Shown here piece after piece: positions 36,684 to 48,100 of a stretch of 64,000 nt of DNA. The notes under the pieces were generated by a model, which saw only the letters and a list, made by a program, of their open reading frames with translations, did no database searches and had not been told where the DNA came from. The position numbers were made by a program, and so were the translations under genes. The stretch is from a virus (Duplodnaviria > Caudoviricetes): positions 1 to 64,000 of the IMG/VR virus record IMGVR_UViG_2907546677_000002, one strand, 5' to 3'. Within the stretch, counting starts at the first letter, position 1, and each line of letters opens with the position of its first letter.

Positions 36684-36844
36684 AGGACATCCCCTGGCAC
36701 CGCCTCGTGTTATCCGACCCTGAGTGCCGTGCCTACATAAAGCAGCATCAAAGCGCGGGGTACGCTCACCACGCGACGCTCGCCGCCTATAACAAGGACA
36801 GAAAGAAACGTAGGCAGCGAAAGGCTATACTGGACAGCAATTGA
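36680..36844 (+). CDS. small basic hypothetical protein
   Basis: GTG start overlapping the upstream TGA, with AAGGAG SD. Confidence 0.45.
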   Translation: MKDIPWHRLVLSDPECRAYIKQHQSAGYAHHATLAAYNKDRKKRRQRKAILDSN

Positions 36845-36928
36845 GGGGATGACGACCACACCGCCAGCCCCTCGCACACGACAAGGAGACAACCAGCCCG
36901 CAGAGCGGGCCATCCCACGGAGGGCATC

Positions 36929-37672
36929 ATGACGGCAGCAGCACACCGTCTCGTCGTCCATGACGAGAGGCCGGAAACATGCTATGTCACGGCCGACACG
37001 TATCCGATCAACGCCCCGTACCGGGGCGGGGGGAAACCGTCCGGGCTCGTCGGACTGTTCGCGAGACGCATGAGCATCGTGTTCACCACGCTCGTCAACC
37101 GGAAGTCGCCCGACTATGATCCGGAAACCCTCACACTCACCCTGGGGAAGGATTTCCTCCGCCTGTGCAAGCGCACCGGCATGTACAACAACGGTGGAGG
37201 CATCAAACAGACCCGACGCACGCTTCTCGCATACGCCACGGCCGAGTTCGAGGACCGGAACGGCAGAACCGTCAAACCGATCGCCTCGTCCATCCCGGCG
37301 TCACGCGGACTGCTCGGCTGGGTCATCGTCTTCAACCGGGATTTCGTCAGGCTGATGAAGAGAAACGTGCGGCGGGTGCAGCTGGGCGATCTCGCCATGC
37401 TCAACGGCATGGGCGGCGTCGCCTTCGACCTTTTCATCTTCGCCGTACTGTACGCGCCGGACGGCAAGAACCTCATTATACGGCACGCCGACCTCGGTCG
37501 TCTCCTGCCCAACCTCGCCCATTCGACCGTCGCCCCGCAGGCCATCCTGGACATCACGTCGAGGCTCAATGAGAATCAGAGCCAATGGACGTTCGCGTAT
37601 GAGAACAAGAGCGTGCGAATCAGTCCAAGGGACGGCGAGGCCGACGGAGACGTGAGGCTGGCATCCGTCTGA
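36929..37672 (+). CDS. plasmid replication protein, RepA_C-like
   Basis: P.G...R......LTLGKDFLRLCKRTG...GG......L; VIVFNRDF; L..L.G...AFDLFIF pattern. Recognised by eye only. Confidence 0.5.
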   Translation: MTAAAHRLVVHDERPETCYVTADTYPINAPYRGGGKPSGLVGLFARRMSIVFTTLVNRKSPDYDPETLTLTLGKDFLRLCKRTGMYNNGGGIKQTRRTLLAYATAEFEDRNGRTVKPIASSIPASRGLLGWVIVFNRDFVRLMKRNVRRVQLGDLAMLNGMGGVAFDLFIFAVLYAPDGKNLIIRHADLGRLLPNLAHSTVAPQAILDITSRLNENQSQWTFAYENKSVRISPRDGEADGDVRLASV

Positions 37673-37686
37673 CCGCCCCCGCGCAA

Positions 37687-37740
37687 CGAAAGAGGGGGTC
37701 TCCTTTCCCGATTGAATCGGGTGGGAGACCCCCTCTTTCG
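37687..37740. terminator. long hairpin between convergent genes
   Basis: cgaaagagggggtctcc ... ggagaccccctctttcg, perfect 17-bp arms. Confidence 0.8.
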
Positions 37741-37745
37741 TTGTC

Positions 37746-38384
37746 TCAGACCTTCAGCACGTCCAGCGAGGACAGGTCGACGCCGTCGCCCCAATGGTCG
37801 GCGATGGAGGCCGCGTCCTTCATCGGATCGTTCGACGGGCGGCCGAACCCGTTGCCCGGAGCCAAGGCGTTCAGCACGCCGAAGAGCACGCGGGGAAGGT
37901 TCTTGTCGTTCATGATGGCGAAGACCACGAGCATCTTCCGGTCATCCGTCTCGGAGCCCCGCAGCTTGTCCGCGAACTTGGAGAACTCGACGACCGTACG
38001 GCGGGTCTTCGTGTCCGTGAGCAGGTCGATCAGTGCGGACGGGTCGCTCTTGTTCGTGTCGCACAGCACCTTGGCGGCGGCGAGAACCTTCTCGTCCTCC
38101 AAGGCGTCGAACATGTCACGGATCTTGGAGGCCACCGCGGCGTCCACGTGCGGGAACGCCGCCGCCTTCTTCCGCGCGGCGGCCTTGCGTTTGCCCTTGG
38201 GCGCGTCGGACGGCTGCGCGTCGCCGTCGGCGGGTTCCGTCACCGTATCCTCTTCGACGGCTGTCTGCTCGTCGCCCACGGCGGAGTTTTCGACGACGGG
38301 AGACGCGGGTTCATCCGCCACGGCCTCCGTGTTGACGGTATCTTCCTTGCGGTTCGCGTTGAACCACGGGGTGAAGTCAGTCAT
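37746..38384 (-). CDS. hypothetical protein (acidic disordered N-terminus, helical C-terminus)
   Basis: GAAGGA SD before ATG 38384. Confidence 0.7.
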   Translation of the reverse strand: MTDFTPWFNANRKEDTVNTEAVADEPASPVVENSAVGDEQTAVEEDTVTEPADGDAQPSDAPKGKRKAAARKKAAAFPHVDAAVASKIRDMFDALEDEKVLAAAKVLCDTNKSDPSALIDLLTDTKTRRTVVEFSKFADKLRGSETDDRKMLVVFAIMNDKNLPRVLFGVLNALAPGNGFGRPSNDPMKDAASIADHWGDGVDLSSLDVLKV

Positions 38385-38828
38385 ATATCCTTCTTTCATA
38401 GAGACATTGATGATAACCGACAATTGATAGCATACGCGATGTCCCCGGTAAAACACGAATGACGAGCCGCCGCCGCGCCGCCCTGTCGGTCAGAAGCGAC
38501 AGCGGGACACGAGCGGGAAAAGAGAAGACATCGGACGGACACGACGGAAGAAAAAGAGAGGCGCAGAAAGAACGGAAGAAAAGAAAGAACAAGAAGAGCC
38601 AAGAAGAACGAAGGAAAACAAGGAAGAAGCAGAAAACACCGGAACAAGAAGACCATGATCGCCGAAACAATCGGCATCGAGCACGCACCCCGCCAGAAAA
38701 CAGGCAGCCACGCGCAAACGCAGAAACAGTCAGAACCATAAAAAAAATACGCAACAATCATAATAAACGGGTATCATCACAATAGAAAACGAAAACAAAT
38801 CAATAATCACTAATCCAGCCTGTTTTCC

Positions 38829-38873
38829 GAAAACCGTCGATTATTGGACCGGCCTCCAATAACAGGCGTTTTC
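38829..38873. other. interrupted inverted repeat upstream of the transfer operon (oriT/operator candidate)
   Basis: gaaaac-N6-TTATTGGA-ccggcc-TCCAATAA-N5-gttttc. Confidence 0.35.
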
Positions 38874-38897
38874 AAAGCCCCAAGGAGGACGCGAATC

Positions 38898-40058
38898 GTG
38901 ATCGCACTGATCTACGGCGATAGCAAGCTGCTCCAGACCCTCGCCGGACACGTGCCCCCAAAGCGGTGGATGATCCCGGCCGGAGCGGATTTCGGCTCAA
39001 CCGCGAGCTTCCTCACGCGGCATCCGGTGCCTGAAGACCGACGGGGCTATGTGCTCACCAACCAGCCAGGCAACTGGCTTCCCGTCGCACGGGCCGGGTG
39101 GACGGTCTACTGGTGCGAGCAGGGCCAGACGCCCGTCGGCACGCAGCCCCTACCGTCAGCGCTCATCAGCCAGAGCGTCACCGGATTCGTAGGTAACTTT
39201 TGGAAACTGCGTGTCGTGGACAAGCGCATAGTAGGTGACCTGCTGCTCAACCGGACCCGGATGACCGCGCCTCTCCTGCCTGTCACGTCCAACACGGGCG
39301 GCGTCGGGAAAACCGTGTCATGCCGGCGTCTCGCCGAACGCGCGTCCGAGATCGGCGTACGTACCCTGCTGGTTGACGGGAACATGCTCCAGTCGTCGCA
39401 ACGCTCCTTCTTCGACCCGCGGCGCACGCATGACGCGAACACGCTGGCGGACTGGCGGCCGGGAATGGACATAAGGTCCGCGGCCAATCCGGGCCGTGAT
39501 TACGGAGTCACATACGACATCGCGTTCGCGCCGCCGTCCGGATCCCCGGTCGGATGGCAGACCTACCGGAAGTACATCGAGGAGGCGAGGAAGCAGTGGG
39601 ATTTCGTCGTGCTCGACCTGGATCGCGTCAGCGCCGACGACCTCACGAACCGTGAGGACGTGGCGGGCGGACTGCTCGTCCCGTACCTGCAATCCGGCGA
39701 GACGTGCCTGATCATCGTCAAGGCCGGCGTGCAGACGCAGGGCGACTCGATGAACCTGCTGTCCGCGTTCGCGTCGATGCGCATGCCGGTCGAATGCATC
39801 GGCATCAAGGACACCGTGCCCGCCGGCCTGACCGACTACCGTCCGCTGCGCTACGAGGGGTACGGTACGTTCCTCGGAACCGAATACCAGACCATCGAAA
39901 CCGGGAACCTCATAGCCGCGGGGAGAAGCAACTGGACCGACCCGAACCTCGACTACGTGCGCGAGCAGGTGCTCGCATGGGCATTGCCCGACCGTGGTTT
40001 CGACCCGGAACGTTTCCTGCCCCAGCAGACCAAGAGGAAAGGATGGTTCCACCGGTGA
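38898..40058 (+). CDS. ParA/MinD/CpaE-like ATPase with N-terminal extension
   Basis: AAGGAGG SD, GTG 38898; VTSNTGGVGKT, LLVDGN, FVVLDL. Confidence 0.75.
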   Translation: MIALIYGDSKLLQTLAGHVPPKRWMIPAGADFGSTASFLTRHPVPEDRRGYVLTNQPGNWLPVARAGWTVYWCEQGQTPVGTQPLPSALISQSVTGFVGNFWKLRVVDKRIVGDLLLNRTRMTAPLLPVTSNTGGVGKTVSCRRLAERASEIGVRTLLVDGNMLQSSQRSFFDPRRTHDANTLADWRPGMDIRSAANPGRDYGVTYDIAFAPPSGSPVGWQTYRKYIEEARKQWDFVVLDLDRVSADDLTNREDVAGGLLVPYLQSGETCLIIVKAGVQTQGDSMNLLSAFASMRMPVECIGIKDTVPAGLTDYRPLRYEGYGTFLGTEYQTIETGNLIAAGRSNWTDPNLDYVREQVLAWALPDRGFDPERFLPQQTKRKGWFHR

Positions 40059-41239
40059 TGTTCGATCCCGACAGCCCGGAGCTTTGGCTCAACGGCAGCG
40101 ACGTGAACTGGATCAAGGGCGGCTACGCGAACTCCATGCAGTCGCCCGGAGTGTTCGCCCGCGACCAGCAGTGGTTCGTCGCCAACCGTCTCTTCGCGGA
40201 GACGATGGTCAGGAACAATCCGCAGGCGGTGATGAACATCATCGGCGCCTTGTTCTCCTGGCGCGTGTGCACGACCGGACAGTTGGCGGACGGGCTCGCC
40301 GCCGGCCCGGTGCCGGAGTTCGACCGTGACGAGCCGAACCTGTACGGCGCGTTGTGCCGTATCGGCGCGATCAGTGTCGGCTTCGACACGAGGGAGTATT
40401 TCGAGCATGCGCGGCGGCCCGACACGTGGCTGACCATCGGCAACGACTCGTCGCTTGTCCGTGACGCGATCAACCTGATCGACCGCAGCCAGATGACGAA
40501 GCAGCTGCTCAGCGGCGGGACGCTGCTCCGGTCCATGCGCGTGCACGCACGGCACAACACGTATGCGTCGCATGTGGGCGTGAGCCTCGTGCATGACGAC
40601 CGCGTGAGGTTCGCCGGCGGTGACGGGTGGGGCGCGTTCCGCCGCATCGACGCGAACGCCGTCGCCAAGGTCGGGCTGAACAAGGTCAGCAGCACCGACG
40701 TGGTGACCCTGCTGTCCAACAACGTGATGGCCGGCATCGAACTGCAGACAAGCACCCACACCATCCAGCCGAAGATACAGAACTGGGCGAAGCTCCTCGC
40801 CTATTCGCCCATGAGCCGGCGCGGGCTGATGTGCATATGGCTGTTCGTCCGGCGCGCGACCAACCAGGGGTATTCGCAGTTCAAGCCACTCTTCGAGCAT
40901 GCGCGCGAGATGACCGAGATGATGGTCGGCGATCCGAGCGTCGCGCAGCGCATGGGATACGCGACATGGGACGAGTGGTTCGACCACGGGGAGCCGACCG
41001 GGCTGTTCGGCACGTACACGGACATGATGGGCGTGCGGCGCAGCATGTTCGACGAACGATGGCGGGGTATTACTCCCACTCCTCTCCCGTTGGAGTCGGT
41101 GGACGAATGGGGCTGGCGTCTCATGCGCGATGGGATCTACCGGAACTTCGGGTGGGACGCCTCCAGTTGGAGCATGCCGGACAAGTACCGTGGCGGGTTC
41201 TTCGGATTCGCGAAGGGGGGAGCCGATGGCGTCGCATGA
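40043..41239 (+). CDS. putative replication-relaxation family (HTH plus PD-(D/E)XK) relaxase-like protein
   Basis: ALFSWRVCTTGQLA (wHTH-like), H-rich segment, STDVV...AGIELQT...KIQNWAKLL; lies upstream of the coupling protein. Confidence 0.5.
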   Translation: MVPPVMFDPDSPELWLNGSDVNWIKGGYANSMQSPGVFARDQQWFVANRLFAETMVRNNPQAVMNIIGALFSWRVCTTGQLADGLAAGPVPEFDRDEPNLYGALCRIGAISVGFDTREYFEHARRPDTWLTIGNDSSLVRDAINLIDRSQMTKQLLSGGTLLRSMRVHARHNTYASHVGVSLVHDDRVRFAGGDGWGAFRRIDANAVAKVGLNKVSSTDVVTLLSNNVMAGIELQTSTHTIQPKIQNWAKLLAYSPMSRRGLMCIWLFVRRATNQGYSQFKPLFEHAREMTEMMVGDPSVAQRMGYATWDEWFDHGEPTGLFGTYTDMMGVRRSMFDERWRGITPTPLPLESVDEWGWRLMRDGIYRNFGWDASSWSMPDKYRGGFFGFAKGGADGVA

Positions 41240-41687
41240 ATCCACTTCCCAGGTGCGCGATGCGAAACGCGAGGCCGAACGCGACCGCAACCGGGCGCTC
41301 CAGCGCGTGAGCGACATGTGCGCCAACGGGCAGCGCCAGCTGGTACTCAGGTTCCTGATCGCCAACATGCGTCACAATCCGGCGCTGGCGAAGATACACC
41401 TCTGGCAGTTGGACGTGGCGATGTTCCATGTCGGACGGTACAAGGCCCTGAAAACCGTGAGGCGCATGCGGGAGACCATAGGCGACAAGTCGAACGTCAC
41501 CGATGGCGTCGCTTCGCTCGGATGGGCGTTGGCGGGACGGGAGGAGAGCGTGCGCATGAGCACGTGGCTGTTCCTCCTGCTACTGCGCGAGGATCTGGTC
41601 AGGTTCGAGCCGCCCGACGGATTCCCGTACGCGATGCTGTACGGGCGGGACGGAGACAAAGGAGACGATGGTGGAAACATGGCATGA
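41226..41687 (+). CDS. hypothetical protein in the transfer operon
   Basis: ATG 41226 with GGAG SD; overlaps both neighbours. Confidence 0.7.
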   Translation: MASHESTSQVRDAKREAERDRNRALQRVSDMCANGQRQLVLRFLIANMRHNPALAKIHLWQLDVAMFHVGRYKALKTVRRMRETIGDKSNVTDGVASLGWALAGREESVRMSTWLFLLLLREDLVRFEPPDGFPYAMLYGRDGDKGDDGGNMA

Positions 41688-44274
41688 GCTTCACCGCACA
41701 TTGCAGCAGGTAGATCCGGACGAGCTGAGGGCCATCGGCGAAAGCGTGCCGGAGAACCTTGCGGGAACCACGATGCTGCTGGTCAGGCGCGGCAGCGAGC
41801 CGGTCCGCGAATACGTGTACGGGGCGACGCGGGAGCTGGAGCGCGCCGGGACGCTCGCGGGATTCTCCGCGACGCCATTGGAAGGCGACGCCGAACCGGA
41901 GCTGCCGGACACCATCCGGGCTGTGCGACACCCGATCATCCCGTGGCGCGCCCGACTGAACTCCAAGAGCACGATGGAGAAGATGCGCACCGACGTGTCC
42001 GGCATGAGGAAAAGCATCGAGGCTGCCATGCCTCCTGACAGTTACGTGAGCGTGACGATCCGCCCGCAAGGCTATTTCGAACAGTCCCGCATCCGGAACT
42101 GGGTGGCCGACGAGCACGCCACCGTCGAGGACGGCAACGAGCTCGTGTCCGCGAACACGATGTGCGCCCGCGTGTCGGTGGGCTGCGCTGACGACGCGCA
42201 GGCGAGGAGCCTGACCGAGCGTGTGGGCCAGACGATGTTCCCGCTGCTGTCGAACATGAGCAGTCACCGGAGCATGCCCCGTTTCGGGTTGCTCGCGCTG
42301 TCGGCGGGACTGTCGCTCGCCATGATCCCCCTGTGCGTCATCTCCCCGGTAAACATGCGCATGTTCCTCGTCATGGAGGGTGTGGTGGCGGCGTTCGTGG
42401 TTGTTCCCGCGCTTCTGGGAATGCTGTTGCAGGCCCGTGCGAGGCGGATCGTAAAGGATGGCGGCTCTGCCTCGCTGTTCTACCGGATCCCGCCGCACTA
42501 TTACGGGTGCTGTCTGATGGCGGCCGCGTATGTGGCGCTCATGCTGCTGCCCGTACCCTGGTGGGTTCTTCCCGCGCCCATGTTGCTGACGGTCGTGTGC
42601 GCGGCGCGATGGCGGACGCGGACCCTTTGGGATGACATCATGCAGTATCCCCGCCGCTATTATTGGCTGCGACGCAAACGCAAGGCGACGGACGCGGACG
42701 CGGAGACGAAGCTCGGCAACAGGGATCCGCGCATCTTCGCCACCGGGTACGGGCCGCAACGGTCCACGATCATCCTCGCGCCGTTGACCGTGGTCGGCCT
42801 GTACACGCCGGTCGGGTCGTCCGGCGCCATGAAACAGGACCTCCACCCGGTGCCGGAGATCTTGAGTCACGACGGCCTCTACCTGGGAAAGGACCAGACC
42901 GGACGCGACTGTTGCATTCCCGCGGGGGAGCTGTTCGGCGGCATAGCCATCTTCGGCGCCGCGGGACGAGGCAAGAGCGTCCTCGCGCACGGCATCATGC
43001 AGTGGGCCGACCTGCACCGTGACGACACATCGCGCATGGACTGGGGTCCAGACTCGCGCATCATCGACTTCGAGATGAAGGACGACAGCGGGGTCTCCGC
43101 CATGAACCGGTTCCGAGAACGCAACAACCTGCGCCAGGGCAGGGTCTCGTACATCGCCGACCCCGCGTCCCCATGCCCGGACCTGCTCGGCATGCTCGAC
43201 GGTCGTGACGCGAGGCAGACCGCCGCGGATATCGCGACCGGCATGCAGTTCGCGTTCGAGCCCGGCGACATCCTCAACGATTCGCTGCGGGTCATCACCA
43301 CGGGCATGACCATCGCCATCGCCGTACAACGCCACATCGAACGGAACGGGAATCCTGGCGACGGGCCAAGTGACGTGATAAGCCGCGTCCATCAGCTCGA
43401 ACCCGCCTGTCCTGGAGCCGCACAGGCACGTGACCAGGCGTCCCCTATCGGATGGTGCGTCATGGCGTTGGGCGGCAGCGACGGGCAGGCCGGAAGCATG
43501 CGCGCCTTGGGCAAGGTGTGCGGCGCGTTGGCGTTGGAGACGCAGGACCCCGACATGATTCTCGCCGCGAAGGCCGCCGAACAGCTTTACGGGCGACCCG
43601 ACGAGCAGGGGCGCAACAGGCTCACCAACCAGCAGATCCTCCAGAAGACGAACGCGAGCCTGAACAAGGTCGACCAGTTCCTCGGCTGCGAGCACATGTT
43701 CACGTCGCGTCGGGCCCGAATCACATGGGAGCAGGTCCTCTCCCGTCCGGGCGACTACCATTTCGTGCTTTCCGACCGTCGCCGGCCGGACGGCACGCTC
43801 TGCCAGCTGCCCGACGGCATGAACAGGAAGATCGGCAAGTGGATGATGCGCCGTCTGTGGGCTGCCGCGAAAAGAGACTGTCAGGATTGGAAGGACGCGG
43901 GGCGGCACACCATGTTCGTGTGCGACGAGCTGAGCCTTCTCGCCAACGCGGATGACACGATACTGCGTGAGATGAAGGACCAGGGGCGTTCGTTCGGCTG
44001 GATCAACGTGTTCGCGACCCAGTATCCGACGCAGCTTCCCCCTCTGCTGCTCACGTCGGTCATGGGATACAGCACGTTCATCAGCTTCGACAACACCGAT
44101 CCGGACATGGCGGCGCGCACCGCCCAGAGGCTCACGGGCCGGGACGGGTTGGACGGCTGGGATGCGGCGGCGGTGCAGAACCTCCCGTTGTATGCGGCGG
44201 CGGTGCGCACGAGGGCGAAGGAGCAGTTGCAGCCGGCGTTCATCGTGAACGTCGAGAACTTCGACCGCGCGTGA
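41668..44274 (+). CDS. virD4: type IV coupling protein (VirD4/TraG/TrwB-like)
   Basis: TM block followed by GLYLGKD, IAIFGAAGRGKS, MFVCDELSLL, GRSFGWINVFATQYPTQL. Confidence 0.8.
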   Translation: MVETWHELHRTLQQVDPDELRAIGESVPENLAGTTMLLVRRGSEPVREYVYGATRELERAGTLAGFSATPLEGDAEPELPDTIRAVRHPIIPWRARLNSKSTMEKMRTDVSGMRKSIEAAMPPDSYVSVTIRPQGYFEQSRIRNWVADEHATVEDGNELVSANTMCARVSVGCADDAQARSLTERVGQTMFPLLSNMSSHRSMPRFGLLALSAGLSLAMIPLCVISPVNMRMFLVMEGVVAAFVVVPALLGMLLQARARRIVKDGGSASLFYRIPPHYYGCCLMAAAYVALMLLPVPWWVLPAPMLLTVVCAARWRTRTLWDDIMQYPRRYYWLRRKRKATDADAETKLGNRDPRIFATGYGPQRSTIILAPLTVVGLYTPVGSSGAMKQDLHPVPEILSHDGLYLGKDQTGRDCCIPAGELFGGIAIFGAAGRGKSVLAHGIMQWADLHRDDTSRMDWGPDSRIIDFEMKDDSGVSAMNRFRERNNLRQGRVSYIADPASPCPDLLGMLDGRDARQTAADIATGMQFAFEPGDILNDSLRVITTGMTIAIAVQRHIERNGNPGDGPSDVISRVHQLEPACPGAAQARDQASPIGWCVMALGGSDGQAGSMRALGKVCGALALETQDPDMILAAKAAEQLYGRPDEQGRNRLTNQQILQKTNASLNKVDQFLGCEHMFTSRRARITWEQVLSRPGDYHFVLSDRRRPDGTLCQLPDGMNRKIGKWMMRRLWAAAKRDCQDWKDAGRHTMFVCDELSLLANADDTILREMKDQGRSFGWINVFATQYPTQLPPLLLTSVMGYSTFISFDNTDPDMAARTAQRLTGRDGLDGWDAAAVQNLPLYAAAVRTRAKEQLQPAFIVNVENFDRA

Positions 44275-44406
44275 AACGGCGTCTTCCGCGACACCATCAG
44301 GAAAAACGTCGCGAGAGACGTAAAAAAACGATGGTTAATAATGTTTTGCGGCTATACTTTTGACCCGCAGGAGGGTTCCTCGGAGAAAAAACCGTAAGGA
44401 AACCCA

Positions 44407-44754
44407 ATGAATACCACCATCACCTTGGCCGCATCCACCGATCTCGTCAGCAGCTACCATGCCATGTTCGACGGCATCCTGAACAGCACTGCCGGGCAGG
44501 TCATCACCAAACTGGCCGCCGCGGGCGCGGTCCTCATCGCGCTCGGCATCATCGGCGGCGCCATCTTCAAGCTCATCGGCCGACCCAACAAGCTGTCGCA
44601 GATATTCTGCCCCAGCCTCGGACGCATCATCTTCGAGCTACTCGCCATCTTCGTGCTCGCCGGACCATTGTTCACCATCCCCGGCCTGCTCAAGATCATC
44701 GACTGGTTCGTCAACGCCGGCGGACAGCAGACCTCCGACTACCTGGGCGTCTGA
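44407..44754 (+). CDS. small membrane protein, VirB2/pilin-like
   Basis: 115 aa, two hydrophobic helices; heads the membrane-protein operon; TATACT -10 at 44353. Confidence 0.55.
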   Translation: MNTTITLAASTDLVSSYHAMFDGILNSTAGQVITKLAAAGAVLIALGIIGGAIFKLIGRPNKLSQIFCPSLGRIIFELLAIFVLAGPLFTIPGLLKIIDWFVNAGGQQTSDYLGV

Positions 44755-44766
44755 CCGGAGGCCGGC

Positions 44767-45177
44767 ATGGAGGAGAACGGGACGCGGATACCCCATCCGC
44801 GCGACACCATGGACGACATCACCATGGTGTCCAGCACGGAAGAGATCGAGAAACGCAACACGTACATGATCACGAAGAACACGGAGGCGCGCAGCCGTAC
44901 CGTGTTCGCCGTGCTCGGCGGCGCCATCGCGGGACTCGTGGTCTGTCTGGTGGTCGGCCCGTTCGTCGGCTACACGATTGGCGCGGTGTTCATCCTCGTC
45001 GGCGCCGGGGTCAGCCCGTTCCTCCTCGTCGGCCGCATGCGCGACCGCACGCAGCAGGTCCGCTGGAAGCGGCTCCTGCAGAAGTTGCAGAGCCGCAACA
45101 TCGAAGGCGAGGTGTTCTACCCGAACTCCACGCACCCTGAGAACATCACCGATCTTGAGGAAATGAGGATCCTGTGA
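44767..45177 (+). CDS. 2-TM membrane protein (VirB3/PrgI/TcpE-like position)
   Basis: Helical hairpin TM with soluble flanks. Confidence 0.6.
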   Translation: MEENGTRIPHPRDTMDDITMVSSTEEIEKRNTYMITKNTEARSRTVFAVLGGAIAGLVVCLVVGPFVGYTIGAVFILVGAGVSPFLLVGRMRDRTQQVRWKRLLQKLQSRNIEGEVFYPNSTHPENITDLEEMRIL

Positions 45178-48100
45178 GACACGCGAATCCGATGCGCGCG
45201 GTTCTGCGCCGCAACCTGCTTCTGATGCTGCTGCTGGTGTTGACGGTGACGCTGGTGTGCATGCCCGCCAGCGCATTTGCCGGATCCAACACGAACGCCG
45301 GCATCACCGAGAACGGCGTGTCCGGCTGCGTGACCGTCGGGTCGGGCACCAACGAATACGATTTCAGCACCTGCCTGCCGTCAGGCCGGTGGGGCGGATT
45401 CGTCGGCATACTCACGACGCGCACCGAACCGTCGGGCGGGCTATTCGGCCCGTTGGCGAATGCCGCCGCCTATGTCGGCACGACCATCAGGCTCATGCTC
45501 CCGCGCATGCTGATGATGATCACGCAGGTCTGCTGGTCAAGCGCCCTCGCGTTCAGCCAGTTCGCCGCCAGCTTCAACCCGCTCGACACGGCCGGCGCCC
45601 AGCTTGACGCCGCCACCTCCCGTCTCATCAGCAACATCCTCGCGGGAAGCATCCCCGCCGTCCTGGTCGTCCTCGCCATCGTCGGATGGATCCTCGCGGC
45701 CGGCTTCGAGATCGGCACCACCAAGGAGGCCAGCAAGAGGCTCCTCGCCACGGTCCTGTGCCTGTCCGCGCTCATCGTCATGGGCAACGGCGCCGCCAAG
45801 ACGGGCGAGGATGCCACGGAACCCGCGGCCGGAAGCCCATGGTGGGTCGTGAAGACCCTCAACAACGCGATCAACACGATGACCGTCGGCCTGAACCTCG
45901 ACGGGCTCAATGACGGCAACGAGAACATGATGGCCTACGACAACCGTGGCAACGGGAACGACGCGAACTGCCAGGACTACCTGTATCAGATGCACCAGCA
46001 GTACAACGACAACACCACGGCGAAGGGCAATGCGGACAGCAGCGCCGTCACGAGCGCCGTCAACCGCCTGTGGGAGGAGACCACCCTGCGCAACTGGGTG
46101 ACGATGCAGTGGAACAATCCGACCGCCGCGGGAAGCGTCACCGACAAGCAGGCGGCGAACGCGCAGCAGGCGTACTGTCATGTCATCGACCTTCAGGCCA
46201 ACACCGATCCGACCGTGCAGAAGGACCTGACCAATGCGGCCATGGGCAGCAGCATCGACGATAACACCGCGCGGTGGATCTTCACGCACATGGGTTGGAT
46301 CAGCACGTACAACAGTCTCGTGGACGACGGCAAGCAGCAGGACGACCGTGACGACACCGTTCGCGAAAGCCGCGCCGGCGTGTTCTGGGAGACGTGCACG
46401 ACCAATAGCAAGGGCACGCCCAAGGCGCGTGACGGCTGGGGAAAGATCATCAACAACCTCGGAGACAAGAAGACCGGGCGCATAAGCAATGGCGGCAAGG
46501 CCGTCCGCGCCGCGCGATCCGCGTACAGCACCGACGACACGTTCCCCTCGGACGGCAGCAAGACACTTCTCAGCACCTCCGACGGCGACGACGCCGCCCG
46601 CGTGAAAGCGACCGGCGTCGTGTGCAAGGTGATTCTCAACAGCGCCGACTCCAACGGCGGCGTATTCCACCGCACCCTGGACGGGTTCGACAAGCTCAAC
46701 GATCAGTCCGACACGAACATCGGCGATGCGGCAACCCTCGGATGGCGTTTCGACATCCCCAACCTCGGAGCCACGTGGAGAGAGGTCAACGCGACAGGGC
46801 TCAACAATCCGACCACCGACGACGGCGCCGCGAAAAGCACCCTCGACTACATGTACGGCAACGCCAGCCCCGACACACTCGGCGCATTCGGCTCCATGAT
46901 CGGCGGCATCGTCAACTGCATAGTCTGGGGACTGTTCAGCATCATCCTCATCATGAGCAAGCTCATGCTGCTCATGATGGTCCTGTTCCTCGCCGTCGCA
47001 TTCCTCATCCGAGCCGTACCCATCGGCGAAAAACCCAAGAAAGTACTCGGCAACTGGGTCAAACTCACCTGCAACCTGAGCATGACCGGAGCATTGTACG
47101 CGGTCATCGGAACCATCGCCACATTCATATGCCAGTTGGCGCTCACGTTCTGCAGCGGCATGACCAGCACGTTTGTGTACAACCTCATCGCCAACACCAG
47201 CCCGATCCTAGCCATGATCACCATCGGCATGTTCTGCAGCAAGGTCGTCAAATGTGGCAACCCGCTCAGCATCAGTGCGATGATGGGCGTCGCCGGAGGC
47301 GGAGCCCTCGCCGGAGGCGTCGGCAAGGGTCTCAGCAGCATAGGTCGTCAGATGATGTACGCGCGCGCCATGTTCGGCGGCGGCAGCCCGTTCGGATTCG
47401 GACGCGGCAGCCATGCTGCGGGACGCAGGTCCAGCCGTCACGCGGGCGGCGGCGTCTACGGGGCGACCGACGGGCAGCGGATCCTTGACGGCGTGTCCGA
47501 AGCCCAGGCCGACGCCCCGTCGCAGAGCGCGCGCCGAACCCCGTCGAACCGTACGACGTACAAGGACGGCCGGAAGGTGTCCCCGTTGAGCGAACAATGG
47601 TCGCAGCATGGGGCGGGCACGGTCCGTGGAAGCCTCGCCTACGCGGCGCGCGGCGCCGAGCGGAGGGCCGGCAAGGCCGGGAAGTCGTTCGCGTCCTCCA
47701 TGCGCCACGGCAGTCGCAGGGACATGAACGACTACATCCACCAGTATTGGCAGATGCATCCGAACGGGAGCGCGGATGGCGCCGTCAGATACGCCTCCGT
47801 ACGCGACAAGCTGAGTCGTGCCGGGGACGCCAGTCTCGGCGTGGTCGCCGGCGCGAACGCCGCCGTCAGGTTCGCCGGCGCCGCGTTCCGTTCGAAGCCG
47901 TTGCGCGACGTCGCCAAACGTACCGCCAAGGTCGCTGCGGTGGCGGGAGCCGGAGCGTTGGCGTTCTCCAACCCGATCACCGCGCCGCTCGGCCTGATGG
48001 CGATGGGCAAGCTCGCCACCAGCCGTGACGTGTGGCATGGCGCCCGTGTCGGACTGAACACTGCGGGCAATGGCGCGAAGTGGGCGTTGAACAAGTCGAA

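Noticed and set aside
38459-38785. 108-aa K/R/E-rich ORF
   Set aside because: It is the translation of a purine-rich low-complexity tract with no SD; probably non-coding.
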